DNA of 34,792 nt from a virus (Duplodnaviria > Caudoviricetes): IMG/VR virus record IMGVR_UViG_3300025676_000811, positions 1 through 34,792 of that record, one strand, 5' to 3'. This document shows, piece by piece, positions 1 to 8,789 of the stretch (its first letter is position 1; each line of letters begins with the position of its first letter). The notes beneath the pieces are model-generated. The model was not told the DNA's origin, did not search any database, and saw nothing but the letters and a program-made list of their open reading frames with translations. The position numbers and the translations under genes were made by a program.

Positions 1-1
1 T

Positions 2-1450
2 TATGGTAGTGTATCAAGACAACCCGCAGTTGAAGGAAGTGCTTGGTATGCAAGTTCTCCTTGGACTTGGGATTGGAATGCTGAGATAGCACAGAACTCT
101 GCTAATGTAGATTCTTCTTTCTCTGATACTGAAAACCGTTCAACAGGTATTCTTCGTAACTCAATCAATCGTCAAAACACTTATGGTTTGATTTCTAAAT
201 TAAACTATGATGTATCAGATGAACTTGAAGTTCAAGTTGGTATTGATTGGAGAACTGCTGGAATAGAACACGCACGTGAAGTTCGTGATTTACTTGGTGG
301 TGATTACTATGTTGATTACGCCGATAAAAATGCTACTGATGGGAAGAAAGTTATGTTAGGTGATATTATCGCTTATCATAATGAAACAACCGTAGATTGG
401 ATTGGTGGATTTTTACAAGGTAAATATTCTACTGACAAATTCAACCTTTATGGAATGGGTGGAGTATCCGCAATAGGATATTCTTATCTTGACCATTTTG
501 CTGTTGATGCTTCTAAAGTTTCGGCTGATGCTATTACAACTTTCCAAGTGAAAGGTGGTGGTGTTTATAACCTTGATGATAGAATGTCTGCATTTATTAA
601 TGGTGGGTATGTTGAGAAGCCACCTATCTTAGACAATGTAATCAAATTTGATGGTACAGTTGCTACCAACCCAATCAATGAGAAATTTACAAGTTTCGAA
701 ATTGGTGGAAAGTATGCAAGTGGTAATGTTGATCTTAAATTGAGTTCATATAATACTCAATGGAAAGATAGAAACCTTACCAAATCTGTTGAAACAGGTG
801 CTGGAGATTCAGGTGATACAGATGTCATTTATCTAACTGGTGTAAATCAAAGTCATACTGGTTTTGAAGTAGAGTCTAAAATTGCTCTTCACGAAATGGT
901 TGACTTGAATTTAGTATTCAGTAAAGGTACTTGGCAGTTCGATGGTGATGCCAAAGGTGATTATCAAGAGATGGAGTATAATGACGACAACCAAGTTGTC
1001 GGTCAAACTACAACTCAGTATGAGTATGCTCTTGATGGTCTAATGGTCGGTGACCAACCACAAACAGCTTATGTTGGTGGTTTAACACTTAAACCATTGG
1101 AAGGACTTAGCATACAGGGTTTGTATAAAATGTATGATGATAATTACGCTGATTGGTCTCCCGATTCTCGTGAAGTCGATGAAGATGGTGCCGATGAAAC
1201 TCAAGTTTGGAAAGCTCCTGGCTATTCAAAACTTGACTTACATATAGCATACAAACTACCAGAAATTGGTGGTTATGATATGACGCTTAGTGCTCATATC
1301 TTTAATGCTCTTGATGGTGTTTATGTTCAAGACGCAGTTGACAATAGTCAGTACAATGGGTATGGTGATAAACTTCACTTAGCTCATAACGCTGAAGTAT
1401 TCTTGGGAACACCAAGATACTACAATGTAGGACTATCTGTTAATTTTTAA
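2..1450 (+). CDS. TonB-dependent outer-membrane receptor, C-terminal beta-barrel part (5'-partial)
   Basis: The frame is open from base 2 (YGSVSRQPAVEG...), so the ORF-track start at 188 is not the real start. Amphipathic beta-strand pattern, TBDR-like C-terminus (LSAHIFNALD...GTPRYYNVGLSVNF) and a terminal Phe typical of BamA substrates. Confidence 0.85.
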   Translation, partial: YGSVSRQPAVEGSAWYASSPWTWDWNAEIAQNSANVDSSFSDTENRSTGILRNSINRQNTYGLISKLNYDVSDELEVQVGIDWRTAGIEHAREVRDLLGGDYYVDYADKNATDGKKVMLGDIIAYHNETTVDWIGGFLQGKYSTDKFNLYGMGGVSAIGYSYLDHFAVDASKVSADAITTFQVKGGGVYNLDDRMSAFINGGYVEKPPILDNVIKFDGTVATNPINEKFTSFEIGGKYASGNVDLKLSSYNTQWKDRNLTKSVETGAGDSGDTDVIYLTGVNQSHTGFEVESKIALHEMVDLNLVFSKGTWQFDGDAKGDYQEMEYNDDNQVVGQTTTQYEYALDGLMVGDQPQTAYVGGLTLKPLEGLSIQGLYKMYDDNYADWSPDSREVDEDGADETQVWKAPGYSKLDLHIAYKLPEIGGYDMTLSAHIFNALDGVYVQDAVDNSQYNGYGDKLHLAHNAEVFLGTPRYYNVGLSVNF

Positions 1451-1451
1451 A

Positions 1452-1493
1452 TAGTAAAGTGCGGGGGCTTGAAATATAGCCCCCGTTTTACTA
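1452..1493 (+). terminator. Rho-independent terminator after the TBDR gene
   Basis: Stem CGGGGGCT (1462-1469) / AGCCCCCG (1478-1485) followed by TTTT; extended pairing TAGTAAA/TTTACTA; immediately after the stop codon. Confidence 0.85.
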
Positions 1494-1501
1494 AAAAAAC
1501 C

Positions 1502-1532
1502 CTTGACTTGTATAGGGTTTTTGTTGTATATT
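1502..1532 (+). promoter_or_regulatory. sigma70-like promoter for the DNA polymerase gene
   Basis: TTGACT (1503-1508), 18-nt spacer, TATATT (1527-1532), with an upstream A-tract. The same CTTGACTT...GTATATT motif recurs at 4089-4118. Confidence 0.7.
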
Positions 1533-1559
1533 GAGGTATCGGAAATAAGGGAGTTAGTT

Positions 1560-4088
1560 ATTTATCAAAATTTGTGGTGTGAAAAGAGAGGTGGTAATCA
1601 AGTAGAAGTTCATCTATGGGATGATGTTGCTGGTTATCAAAATTTTATATTTAAGAATTACGCTTACGTAAAAGACGGAAGTGGTCAATATCGTTCTATT
1701 TACGGAGATAAGTTAAAGAAAGTAACGTATTGGACAGAAGAAGATTTTAAAACAGGCAAAGTATTCGAATCGGATATACCATTAGATACGAGAGTACTTT
1801 TAGATAGATATTCAGATTCAGACGAACCATCTAAAAATCACAGAGAACTATTCTTTGACATTGAAGTAGAAGTCACGGATGGTTTCCCTGAACCAGCAAA
1901 AGCTAGTAATAAAATCACATCAGTAGCATTTTATACTAAACATAATGGAGAGTATTCAGTTTATGTTTTAGGTGAAGGTAAAGGTAATATTAAGGATGGG
2001 GTTGATATTCAATTCTTCAAGACCGAGATAGAGTTATTAAAAGCTATTTTACAATATTGGATGAATGTTAAACCGACTATAATTACTGGTTGGAACATAA
2101 ATGGGTTTGATGTACCTTATTTATATAATAGAATATCTAAAGTCTTGGGTGAGGAGTTTGCCAATGCCCTTTCACCGATTCAAATCGTAAAGTATAACCC
2201 AAACAAAAAGATGTATCGAATTGCTGGTGTTAGTGCTTTGGATTATATGGATTTATATAAAAAGTTCACCTTTACTCAACAATCAAGTTATAGATTAGAT
2301 CATATTGGAACTATTGAGGTTGGAATTGGTAAGGTTGAGTATGAAGGCACATTAGATGATTTATACAGAGATGATATTGATAAGTTTATTGAGTATAACT
2401 TGAATGATGTTAAGATTGTCAAGGCTCTTGATGATAAACTAAAATTGATTGATTTGGCAAAGGGTGTATGTCATTTAGGTAGGATACCTTATGAAGAGGT
2501 TTATTTCAGTTCTCGTTATATTGAAGGTGCGATGTTAGTTTATTTAAAAAGTTTAAATTTAGTCGCTCCGAGTAAAGCCTACGATGTTAGTTATGATGGT
2601 TCGGATGGTAGGTTTAGTGGTGCTTATGTGAAGAGTCCTGAACCTGGTTGTTATGATTGGGTGTTTGATTTGGATTTGACTTCTATGTATCCATCAATCA
2701 TTATGAGTTTGAATATGTCACCTGAAACTAAAATAGGTAAGATTAATGGTTGGGATGCGGAAGAGTTTATTAAAGGAGTCACAAAGACATATTCTGTAGA
2801 AAAGAATGGTAAGATAATTAGACGATTCAGTAATGGGGAATTAAAAGATTTCTTTAATAAAAATAATGTTTCAATATCTTCCAATGGTGTGATTTATGAT
2901 TTATCCAAGAAAGGTGTTATACCAGCTATCTTGGAGAAGTGGTTTAATGAAAGAGTTGAATATAGAGCATTGTCTAAAAAGTATGGTAAAGCGGGTGATG
3001 AAGAATTAAGTAGTCATTTCAACAGACGACAACACGTTCAGAAGATTTTGCTTAATAGTTTATATGGTGTCTTGGGTTTAACTGTCTTTAGGTTTTATGA
3101 TATAGATAATGCCGAGGGTACAACGACTACTGGTGTGAAGTTAATTCAGTTCACGGAGAAAGTTACCAATAACTACTATAATAAGATATTGAAAACCGAT
3201 AAAGACTATTGTATCTACACGGATACGGATTCAGTATTCTATAGTGCTTTACCATTAGTTAAGGATAGATTCCCAAATGCTGATGTTAAAGATGAGAAGT
3301 TTATGACAGAACAAATTCTTGATATTGCTTCAGAGGTTCAAATATATATTAACAAATCATATGATTACTTTGCTAAAAACTTCTTAAACATACATGAAGG
3401 ACATAGGTTTGAGATTAAACAAGAAATGATTGCTAAGGCTGCTTTTTGGGTTACTAAAAAACGATATGGTCAATGGATTATTAATGATGGTGGTACTCCA
3501 TGTGAGAAGCTAGATGTTAAGGGATTAGATATTGTCCGTAGTTCATTCCCACCAGCATTTCGTGATTTCATGACTAAGGTATTGAAAGCTATTCTTTTTA
3601 AAGTTCCAAAAGAAAGAATTGATGAATTCATTTTAGAATTTAAAAAGGGTCTAAACGACCATGATATTACAAACATATCTTTACCGAGTGGTGTCAAGGG
3701 TATAAAGAAATACACGAAGAAAAAGACAAAACATGGTTTTGGTAGTAAGACTATGTTTACCGAGATGGAAAAGGGTGCACCAGTCCACGTTAAGGCATCA
3801 GTTATCTATAATGACTTGTTAAAACATTTTAAAGTCAATAATCACGAGCAGATTAGAAATAGTAGTAAAATTAGATGGGTTTATCTGAAAGACAATCCAT
3901 TTAATATCGATGCTATCGCTTACAAGGGTTATGATGATCCTAAAGAGATTATGGATTTCGTAGCTCAATATATAGATAGGGATAAGTTATTTGATAAAGC
4001 CCTAAAGAAGAAAATAGAGTTGTTCTATGAGAGTATGAAATGGGATATGCCCATTGATAAAAAAACTTCAATTGAAAGGTTTTTTTAA
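1560..4088 (+). CDS. polB: Family B DNA polymerase (T4 gp43-like) with 3'-5' exonuclease domain
   Basis: ExoI FFDIEV, ExoII GWNINGFD, ExoIII YNLND; polymerase motifs DLTSMYPS, KILLNSLYG, YTDTDS, KKRY; C-terminal clamp-binding-like tail KKTSIERFF. Start placed at ATT 1560 behind SD AAGGGAG; the ORF-track TTG at 1503 lies in the -35 box. Confidence 0.95.
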   Translation: MYQNLWCEKRGGNQVEVHLWDDVAGYQNFIFKNYAYVKDGSGQYRSIYGDKLKKVTYWTEEDFKTGKVFESDIPLDTRVLLDRYSDSDEPSKNHRELFFDIEVEVTDGFPEPAKASNKITSVAFYTKHNGEYSVYVLGEGKGNIKDGVDIQFFKTEIELLKAILQYWMNVKPTIITGWNINGFDVPYLYNRISKVLGEEFANALSPIQIVKYNPNKKMYRIAGVSALDYMDLYKKFTFTQQSSYRLDHIGTIEVGIGKVEYEGTLDDLYRDDIDKFIEYNLNDVKIVKALDDKLKLIDLAKGVCHLGRIPYEEVYFSSRYIEGAMLVYLKSLNLVAPSKAYDVSYDGSDGRFSGAYVKSPEPGCYDWVFDLDLTSMYPSIIMSLNMSPETKIGKINGWDAEEFIKGVTKTYSVEKNGKIIRRFSNGELKDFFNKNNVSISSNGVIYDLSKKGVIPAILEKWFNERVEYRALSKKYGKAGDEELSSHFNRRQHVQKILLNSLYGVLGLTVFRFYDIDNAEGTTTTGVKLIQFTEKVTNNYYNKILKTDKDYCIYTDTDSVFYSALPLVKDRFPNADVKDEKFMTEQILDIASEVQIYINKSYDYFAKNFLNIHEGHRFEIKQEMIAKAAFWVTKKRYGQWIINDGGTPCEKLDVKGLDIVRSSFPPAFRDFMTKVLKAILFKVPKERIDEFILEFKKGLNDHDITNISLPSGVKGIKKYTKKKTKHGFGSKTMFTEMEKGAPVHVKASVIYNDLLKHFKVNNHEQIRNSSKIRWVYLKDNPFNIDAIAYKGYDDPKEIMDFVAQYIDRDKLFDKALKKKIELFYESMKWDMPIDKKTSIERFF

Positions 4089-4118
4089 CTTGACTTTAAT
4101 GAAAAAAATTCGTATATT
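4089..4118 (+). promoter_or_regulatory. sigma70-like promoter for the clamp/clamp-loader operon
   Basis: TTGACT (4090-4095), 17-nt spacer, TATATT (4113-4118); SD AGGAG at 4129-4133 before ATG 4142. Confidence 0.75.
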
Positions 4119-4141
4119 AACACACAATAGGAGTCGTAATA

Positions 4142-4855
4142 ATGAATAAAATAACATTGGATACATTTATCCAAAAATACAATCTTGGTGGAAGTATAAA
4201 TTCCGTCAAGTGGGAATCAACTGGAGATACATTATCCACTCGATTCATTTCACCAGACAAAAGTCTATTAGGTGAATTAACTTTGTCAAAACAAACTTTA
4301 CCTGAGTTTGAAGTTGGTGTTTATGATACACCATTATTGTCAAAAATGATAGGTACTTTAGCCGACAAGGTTGATTTCAGTTTAACTGAAGTTGATAATA
4401 TGCCAGTTGCCTTTAAGTTATCGGATTCGATAATGAAAGCTGATTATGTATTGGCGGCCATTGGTGTTATACCCGATGTACCTGCATTAAAGAACACACC
4501 TGAGTTTAATACGATTGTGAATATTGATAGTCAGTTTATCAATTCATTCATTCGAGGTAAAGGTGCTTTAGGTGATGTTGATACATTTGCTATTAATCCA
4601 GTAGATGGTGGAGTTGAGTTTGTAATTGGATATAGCGATATTAATTCAAATCGTATTAGTATTAAGGCAAAAAGTGATGCTGTTAATATGACGGATTCGA
4701 TTGTCTTTAATGCTAATCTTTTTAAAGAACTTTTAAATGCTAATAAAGAGTGTTCCAAAGCAACACTTCAGATTAGTGATAAAGGTTTGGCTCACATCGA
4801 GTTTAATGTTGATGACTTCAATGTTAAATATTGGTTAGTTTCACAGCAGGTTTAA
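4142..4855 (+). CDS. Sliding clamp (T4 gp45/PCNA-like)
   Basis: 237 aa, alternating alpha/beta two-domain pattern, C-terminus GLAHIEF...VKYWLV resembling clamp termini; lies between polB and the clamp loader. Confidence 0.75.
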   Translation: MNKITLDTFIQKYNLGGSINSVKWESTGDTLSTRFISPDKSLLGELTLSKQTLPEFEVGVYDTPLLSKMIGTLADKVDFSLTEVDNMPVAFKLSDSIMKADYVLAAIGVIPDVPALKNTPEFNTIVNIDSQFINSFIRGKGALGDVDTFAINPVDGGVEFVIGYSDINSNRISIKAKSDAVNMTDSIVFNANLFKELLNANKECSKATLQISDKGLAHIEFNVDDFNVKYWLVSQQV

Positions 4856-4856
4856 T

Positions 4857-5768
4857 ATGGAATCACATGGATTATTTGTAGAAAAATACCGGCCGAAAGA
4901 TTTATCAACATATGTTGGTAATGACCATCTTAAATCAAAAGTAGAGAGGTTTATAACTGATGGAAATGTCCCACATTTACTTTTATATGGTAGAGCTGGC
5001 GGTGGAAAAACCACACTTGCTAAGATTATTGTTAATCACGTTGAGTGTGATTATTTATATATTAATGCGTCGGATGAAAGAAACATAGATTTGGTTCGAG
5101 ACAAATTGAAGACATTTGCTTCTTCAATTGGTTTCAAGCCAATGAAAATAGTTATTCTTGATGAAGCCGATTACTTAAATGTAAATTCTGCTCAACCTGC
5201 TCTACGTAATCTAATGGAAACCTTTTCTGCTCATTGTAGGTTTATCTTAACCTGTAATTACGTTGAGAAGATTATTGACCCGATACAGAGTCGTTGTCAA
5301 AGCTACAAAATAGTACCACCAAGTAAAAAAGATGTTGCTCTACATGCTAAGACTATCTTGGAGAAAGAGAACATATCTTTTGACTTGGATGATTTGGCAC
5401 TCGTTGTAACTGCTGGTTATCCTGATTTACGAAGGGTAATCAATGAATTACAACGAATGTCAATAGATGGTAAGTTGAAGATTGACAAAGATGGAATGTT
5501 ACATAATGAGTTTAAACTTCAGTTTTTGGAGATGATTCAAAATAATTCTGATATTCGGTCAATTCGTAAATTGATTGCTGATAGTGGTTTTAGTGACTAC
5601 ACGGAATTGTTTAGGTTTCTTTATGATGAAGTTGAAAACATAACAAGTGATAAGATACCCGATGTTATTGTTGAAATATCAAAGGGAGCTTATCAAGATG
5701 TGATGTGTGTGGATAAAGAGATTAACTTTATTGCAACCATGTCAAGCATATTAGGAAAATTACAATGA
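4857..5768 (+). CDS. Clamp loader AAA+ subunit (T4 gp44/RFC small subunit-like)
   Basis: VEKYRP, Walker A GRAGGGKTT, INASDE, Walker B ILDEAD, and SRC motif (IQSRC). Confidence 0.93.
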   Translation: MESHGLFVEKYRPKDLSTYVGNDHLKSKVERFITDGNVPHLLLYGRAGGGKTTLAKIIVNHVECDYLYINASDERNIDLVRDKLKTFASSIGFKPMKIVILDEADYLNVNSAQPALRNLMETFSAHCRFILTCNYVEKIIDPIQSRCQSYKIVPPSKKDVALHAKTILEKENISFDLDDLALVVTAGYPDLRRVINELQRMSIDGKLKIDKDGMLHNEFKLQFLEMIQNNSDIRSIRKLIADSGFSDYTELFRFLYDEVENITSDKIPDVIVEISKGAYQDVMCVDKEINFIATMSSILGKLQ

Positions 5769-6004
5769 GTACAAAACCAATGAAACCACTACCAAAACAA
5801 GAAGTCCAGGTAGACTTACAGGATGCAGAAACAATGACTTGTCTAGAATGCAATAATAAGATTTTCATTCAAGGGTATGTCATAAAGAAAATATCAGCTA
5901 TTATGTCACCAACGGGTAAAGAAGTCATAGCTCCAATTCAAGTGTTTAATTGTGGAAACTGTGGTGAGATATTACCGTTAAATGAGATAAATGAACTTAT
6001 TTAG
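5765..6004 (+). CDS. Small zinc-ribbon protein
   Basis: Two CxxC pairs (CLEC, CGNC); overlaps both neighbouring genes. Confidence 0.7.
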   Translation: MSTKPMKPLPKQEVQVDLQDAETMTCLECNNKIFIQGYVIKKISAIMSPTGKEVIAPIQVFNCGNCGEILPLNEINELI

Positions 6005-6410
6005 TTGGATTAATGAACTATTTGTCGGTAAACGAGATTGGGATTCTTTTTCGGATGCCGACAAAAAGAAGTTTAGTCCATTTATGGTAAATCGTTATTT
6101 GAGCATGGGTGATGAGTTTTTACCTTTCGTAAATCACTTTCAAACATATACGATAGAAGTTATGCCACATAAAGCCGTGTATCAATTCTATTGTAATTTA
6201 CTACCAAAGAAAAAGACTTACTTAAAGTATTTGAGTGGTAAGAAAGAAAAGACAAATGATTTAGTTGTTCCTTTCATTATGACTTACTTTGAAGTAAGTA
6301 AACATCAGGCTGCTGAATACTATGATTTGATGTCAAAAGAAGAATTGATATTGTTAGTAAAAAAATATGGAAAATCCGATAAAGAAATAAAGAAGATGAA
6401 AATTAGATGA
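5991..6410 (+). CDS. Clamp loader small subunit (T4 gp62-like)
   Basis: KKFSPFMVNRYLSM resembles the gp62 family motif; size and position after the gp44-like gene fit. Confidence 0.7.
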   Translation: MNLFSWINELFVGKRDWDSFSDADKKKFSPFMVNRYLSMGDEFLPFVNHFQTYTIEVMPHKAVYQFYCNLLPKKKTYLKYLSGKKEKTNDLVVPFIMTYFEVSKHQAAEYYDLMSKEELILLVKKYGKSDKEIKKMKIR

Positions 6411-6751
6411 GTAAGCTATGGATGGCATTAGGAATATCATTGATAGGTCATATATGGGCTTGGTTTCATATGCAAGGTCAATTTAAATATGAATGGGCTA
6501 AGTCTTTATGGTGGGTTGTATTTGGTGGTATACCGATTAGTATTGCTTTTTGGTATGGGACAAAATGGTATTATGAATATTTTCAAAATTATTGGTATGT
6601 TAGGCCCATTGGATTTGGAATGGCTACAATAGTATTTACCGTATTGACTTATTTGATTTTACACGAAGTACCTGACACGAGAACAATAATAAGTTTGGTT
6701 TTATCAGTTGTTATTATTGTTATACAATTATCACATTTAATAATAAAATAG
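6407..6751 (+). CDS. Small 4-TM membrane protein, SMR/DMT-like
   Basis: 114 aa with four hydrophobic segments; LTYLILHE-(loop)-TM4 layout as in SMR/EamA proteins. Confidence 0.55.
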   Translation: MSKLWMALGISLIGHIWAWFHMQGQFKYEWAKSLWWVVFGGIPISIAFWYGTKWYYEYFQNYWYVRPIGFGMATIVFTVLTYLILHEVPDTRTIISLVLSVVIIVIQLSHLIIK

Positions 6752-6759
6752 AGGAAGTT

Positions 6760-7146
6760 ATGGTTATTACAGAAAAAGAAGCAAATTCTAGTTCAATGAG
6801 TAACAGTAGTGATATTGTAACAATGATGGAACAAGAATGGCCAGAGATGACCGAAGAATTTAAAAGATTACAACGAGAACAATATGAATTGTTCTGTCAC
6901 AAGCAACATGATTACGGCCCAGGGAATATTTCAGTTGGGACACAATTACAAACAGAAGAAGATATAAAACTATCTCTTACAGGATTGTTCTTCAGAATTA
7001 ATGACAAAATCCAAAGAGTAAAGACCTTGTTGATTGGTGGAAGAGTTAATGCCGTAGAGGGTGAACCATTAGAAGATGCCTTTTTGGATATGTCCAACTA
7101 TGGTATAATGGCAACAATAGTAAAAAACGGAAAATGGGGTAAATAA
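6760..7146 (+). CDS. Nucleotide modification-associated domain 1 (Nmad1/DUF1599), all-alpha NTP pyrophosphatase-like
   Basis: KQHDYG...RINDKIQR...EDAFLDMSNYGIM matches the family pattern KxxDYG/RxxDKxxR/EDxxxDxxNY. Confidence 0.75.
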   Translation: MVITEKEANSSSMSNSSDIVTMMEQEWPEMTEEFKRLQREQYELFCHKQHDYGPGNISVGTQLQTEEDIKLSLTGLFFRINDKIQRVKTLLIGGRVNAVEGEPLEDAFLDMSNYGIMATIVKNGKWGK

Positions 7147-7328
7147 TGACAAGAAGAGAAAAGTTATATTCACAAAATGAATTTTCAATTTATGGTGTAT
7201 TTAGATTCACAGCGTACTTTTTGGCTTCAATAGCCATGTATGTTGGTGATTTGCAAATAGCCGGAGTAGCCTTTGGATTTGGAGCTATTTTGGGTTTCAT
7301 TCGCAGATTAGCAAGGATTTGGGAATAG
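7146..7328 (+). CDS. Small 2-TM membrane protein
   Basis: 60 aa, two hydrophobic stretches, basic C-terminus; TAATG coupling to the upstream gene. Confidence 0.6.
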   Translation: MTRREKLYSQNEFSIYGVFRFTAYFLASIAMYVGDLQIAGVAFGFGAILGFIRRLARIWE

Positions 7329-7329
7329 T

Positions 7330-7926
7330 ATGGAAAGATATTGGGGTGAAAAAAAACAACCAGTTAAAAGGACGAATGGTGACGACAACGATAAACACAT
7401 ATCAGTACAGGATAATAAGATTTATTTTTATTCTGGTGTTAATCGTAATAGTTGTGTCGAATTAAATAAAAAAATTGGGGAGATGGAAAGTAAAAGCTTG
7501 ACTTTATCAAAAACTCTTGGTATATTACCACCGTCAATAAAGTTGTTTATTAATTCAGGTGGGGGTTCTATCGTAAGTGGTATTGCTTCTATGGATACGA
7601 TAATAAGAACAGAAGTTCCAGTTCATACTTACGTGGATGGATTTTCAGCAAGTGCTGCCACTTTTTTAACTGTAGTTGGTGAGAAAAGATTTATGAGTAG
7701 AAATTCTTATATGTTGATTCATCAGTTAAGTAGTAACTTTTGGGGAACATATTCTAATTTTGAGGATGAGAAAAAAAACTTAGATTTAATGATGAAAACA
7801 ATAAAAGACGTTTATAAACAATACACTAAACTACCAATGAAAAAACTTGATGAAATATTAAAACGTGATTTATTGTGGGATGCTCAGACTTGTTTGGATT
7901 ATGGTATGATTGACGAGATAGTATAA
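7330..7926 (+). CDS. clpP: ClpP-like serine protease (peptidase S14)
   Basis: LFINSGGGS, catalytic Ser in GFSASAAT, His in MLIHQ, C-terminus RDLLWDAQTCLDYGMIDEIV. Confidence 0.88.
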   Translation: MERYWGEKKQPVKRTNGDDNDKHISVQDNKIYFYSGVNRNSCVELNKKIGEMESKSLTLSKTLGILPPSIKLFINSGGGSIVSGIASMDTIIRTEVPVHTYVDGFSASAATFLTVVGEKRFMSRNSYMLIHQLSSNFWGTYSNFEDEKKNLDLMMKTIKDVYKQYTKLPMKKLDEILKRDLLWDAQTCLDYGMIDEIV

Positions 7927-8789
7927 TGGGACACGTATCACATAGTCAGTTTGTAAGTTATAACGAATGTAACCTTAAATGGAAACTTCGTTATATAGAT
8001 AAGTTAGGAACATTTACAGGTAATATTCATACATTGTTCGGATCAGCTTGCCACACCGTCATACAAGAATATCTCACGGTTATGTATGGCACTTCTATTA
8101 TAGCTGCTGATAAACTTAATATGGAGTCTCGATTAAAAGAAGAGATGATGAGTGAGTTTACAAAGATAAAAGAAAACCAAGAAACCTTACCTTGTAGTCA
8201 AGATGATATGATTGAGTTTTACCAAGATGGTTTGGCTATACTTGATCACTTTAGAAAACATCGTGGTAAGTATTTTATGAAAAAGAACTACGAGTTAGTT
8301 GGTATTGAGTTGCCTATAACTATGGAACTACAAGAGAACGTAGAGTTAAAAAGTTTTCTTGATGTAGTGATACGAAATAAGATATCAGGTAGAATAACCA
8401 TCATTGATTTAAAAACATCAACTAGAAGTTGGACAAATTATCATAAGAAGAACTTTTACAAGAAAGCTCAATTATTAATATATAAACAATTCTATTCAGA
8501 GAAATTCAATGTACCGTTGGATAAGATAACAGTAGAGTTCTTGATATTAAAAAGAAAGATAGCAAAACAAAGTGATTTTCCAATCAGTAGGTTACAGAGG
8601 TTTGAACCGTCTAATGGTAAAGTTAGTGTCAATAAGACCATGAAAGCATTCACAGAATTTCGTGAAGCTATCTATGATGAAGAAGGAAACCACAAAATAG
8701 ACAGAGATTATAATGCTTCTCCTGGTAGTGCTTGTAAGTTCTGTGAGTTTGTAAAAACGGAGCATTGTAAATGGGGAAAGATACTTTAA
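7926..8789 (+). CDS. PD-(D/E)XK nuclease (RecB/Cas4-like exonuclease)
   Basis: SHSQ...C N-terminus, FGSACH, E...LDVV...IIDLKT, QLLIY, and C-terminal CKFC...C (Fe-S staple-type cysteines). Confidence 0.85.
   Translation: MGHVSHSQFVSYNECNLKWKLRYIDKLGTFTGNIHTLFGSACHTVIQEYLTVMYGTSIIAADKLNMESRLKEEMMSEFTKIKENQETLPCSQDDMIEFYQDGLAILDHFRKHRGKYFMKKNYELVGIELPITMELQENVELKSFLDVVIRNKISGRITIIDLKTSTRSWTNYHKKNFYKKAQLLIYKQFYSEKFNVPLDKITVEFLILKRKIAKQSDFPISRLQRFEPSNGKVSVNKTMKAFTEFREAIYDEEGNHKIDRDYNASPGSACKFCEFVKTEHCKWGKIL

Noticed and set aside
1503-1559. ORF-track N-terminal extension of polB from TTG 1503
   Set aside because: It overlaps the -35/-10 promoter boxes and has no SD; the SD lies downstream at 1547-1553.
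1560-5768. Inteins or introns in polB or the clamp loader
   Set aside because: Lengths are ordinary, motifs are contiguous, and no intein or homing-endonuclease signatures were seen.
7926-8789. CRISPR-Cas locus suggested by the Cas4-like nuclease
   Set aside because: No repeat-spacer array or other cas gene was seen; stand-alone PD-(D/E)XK nucleases are common in phages.
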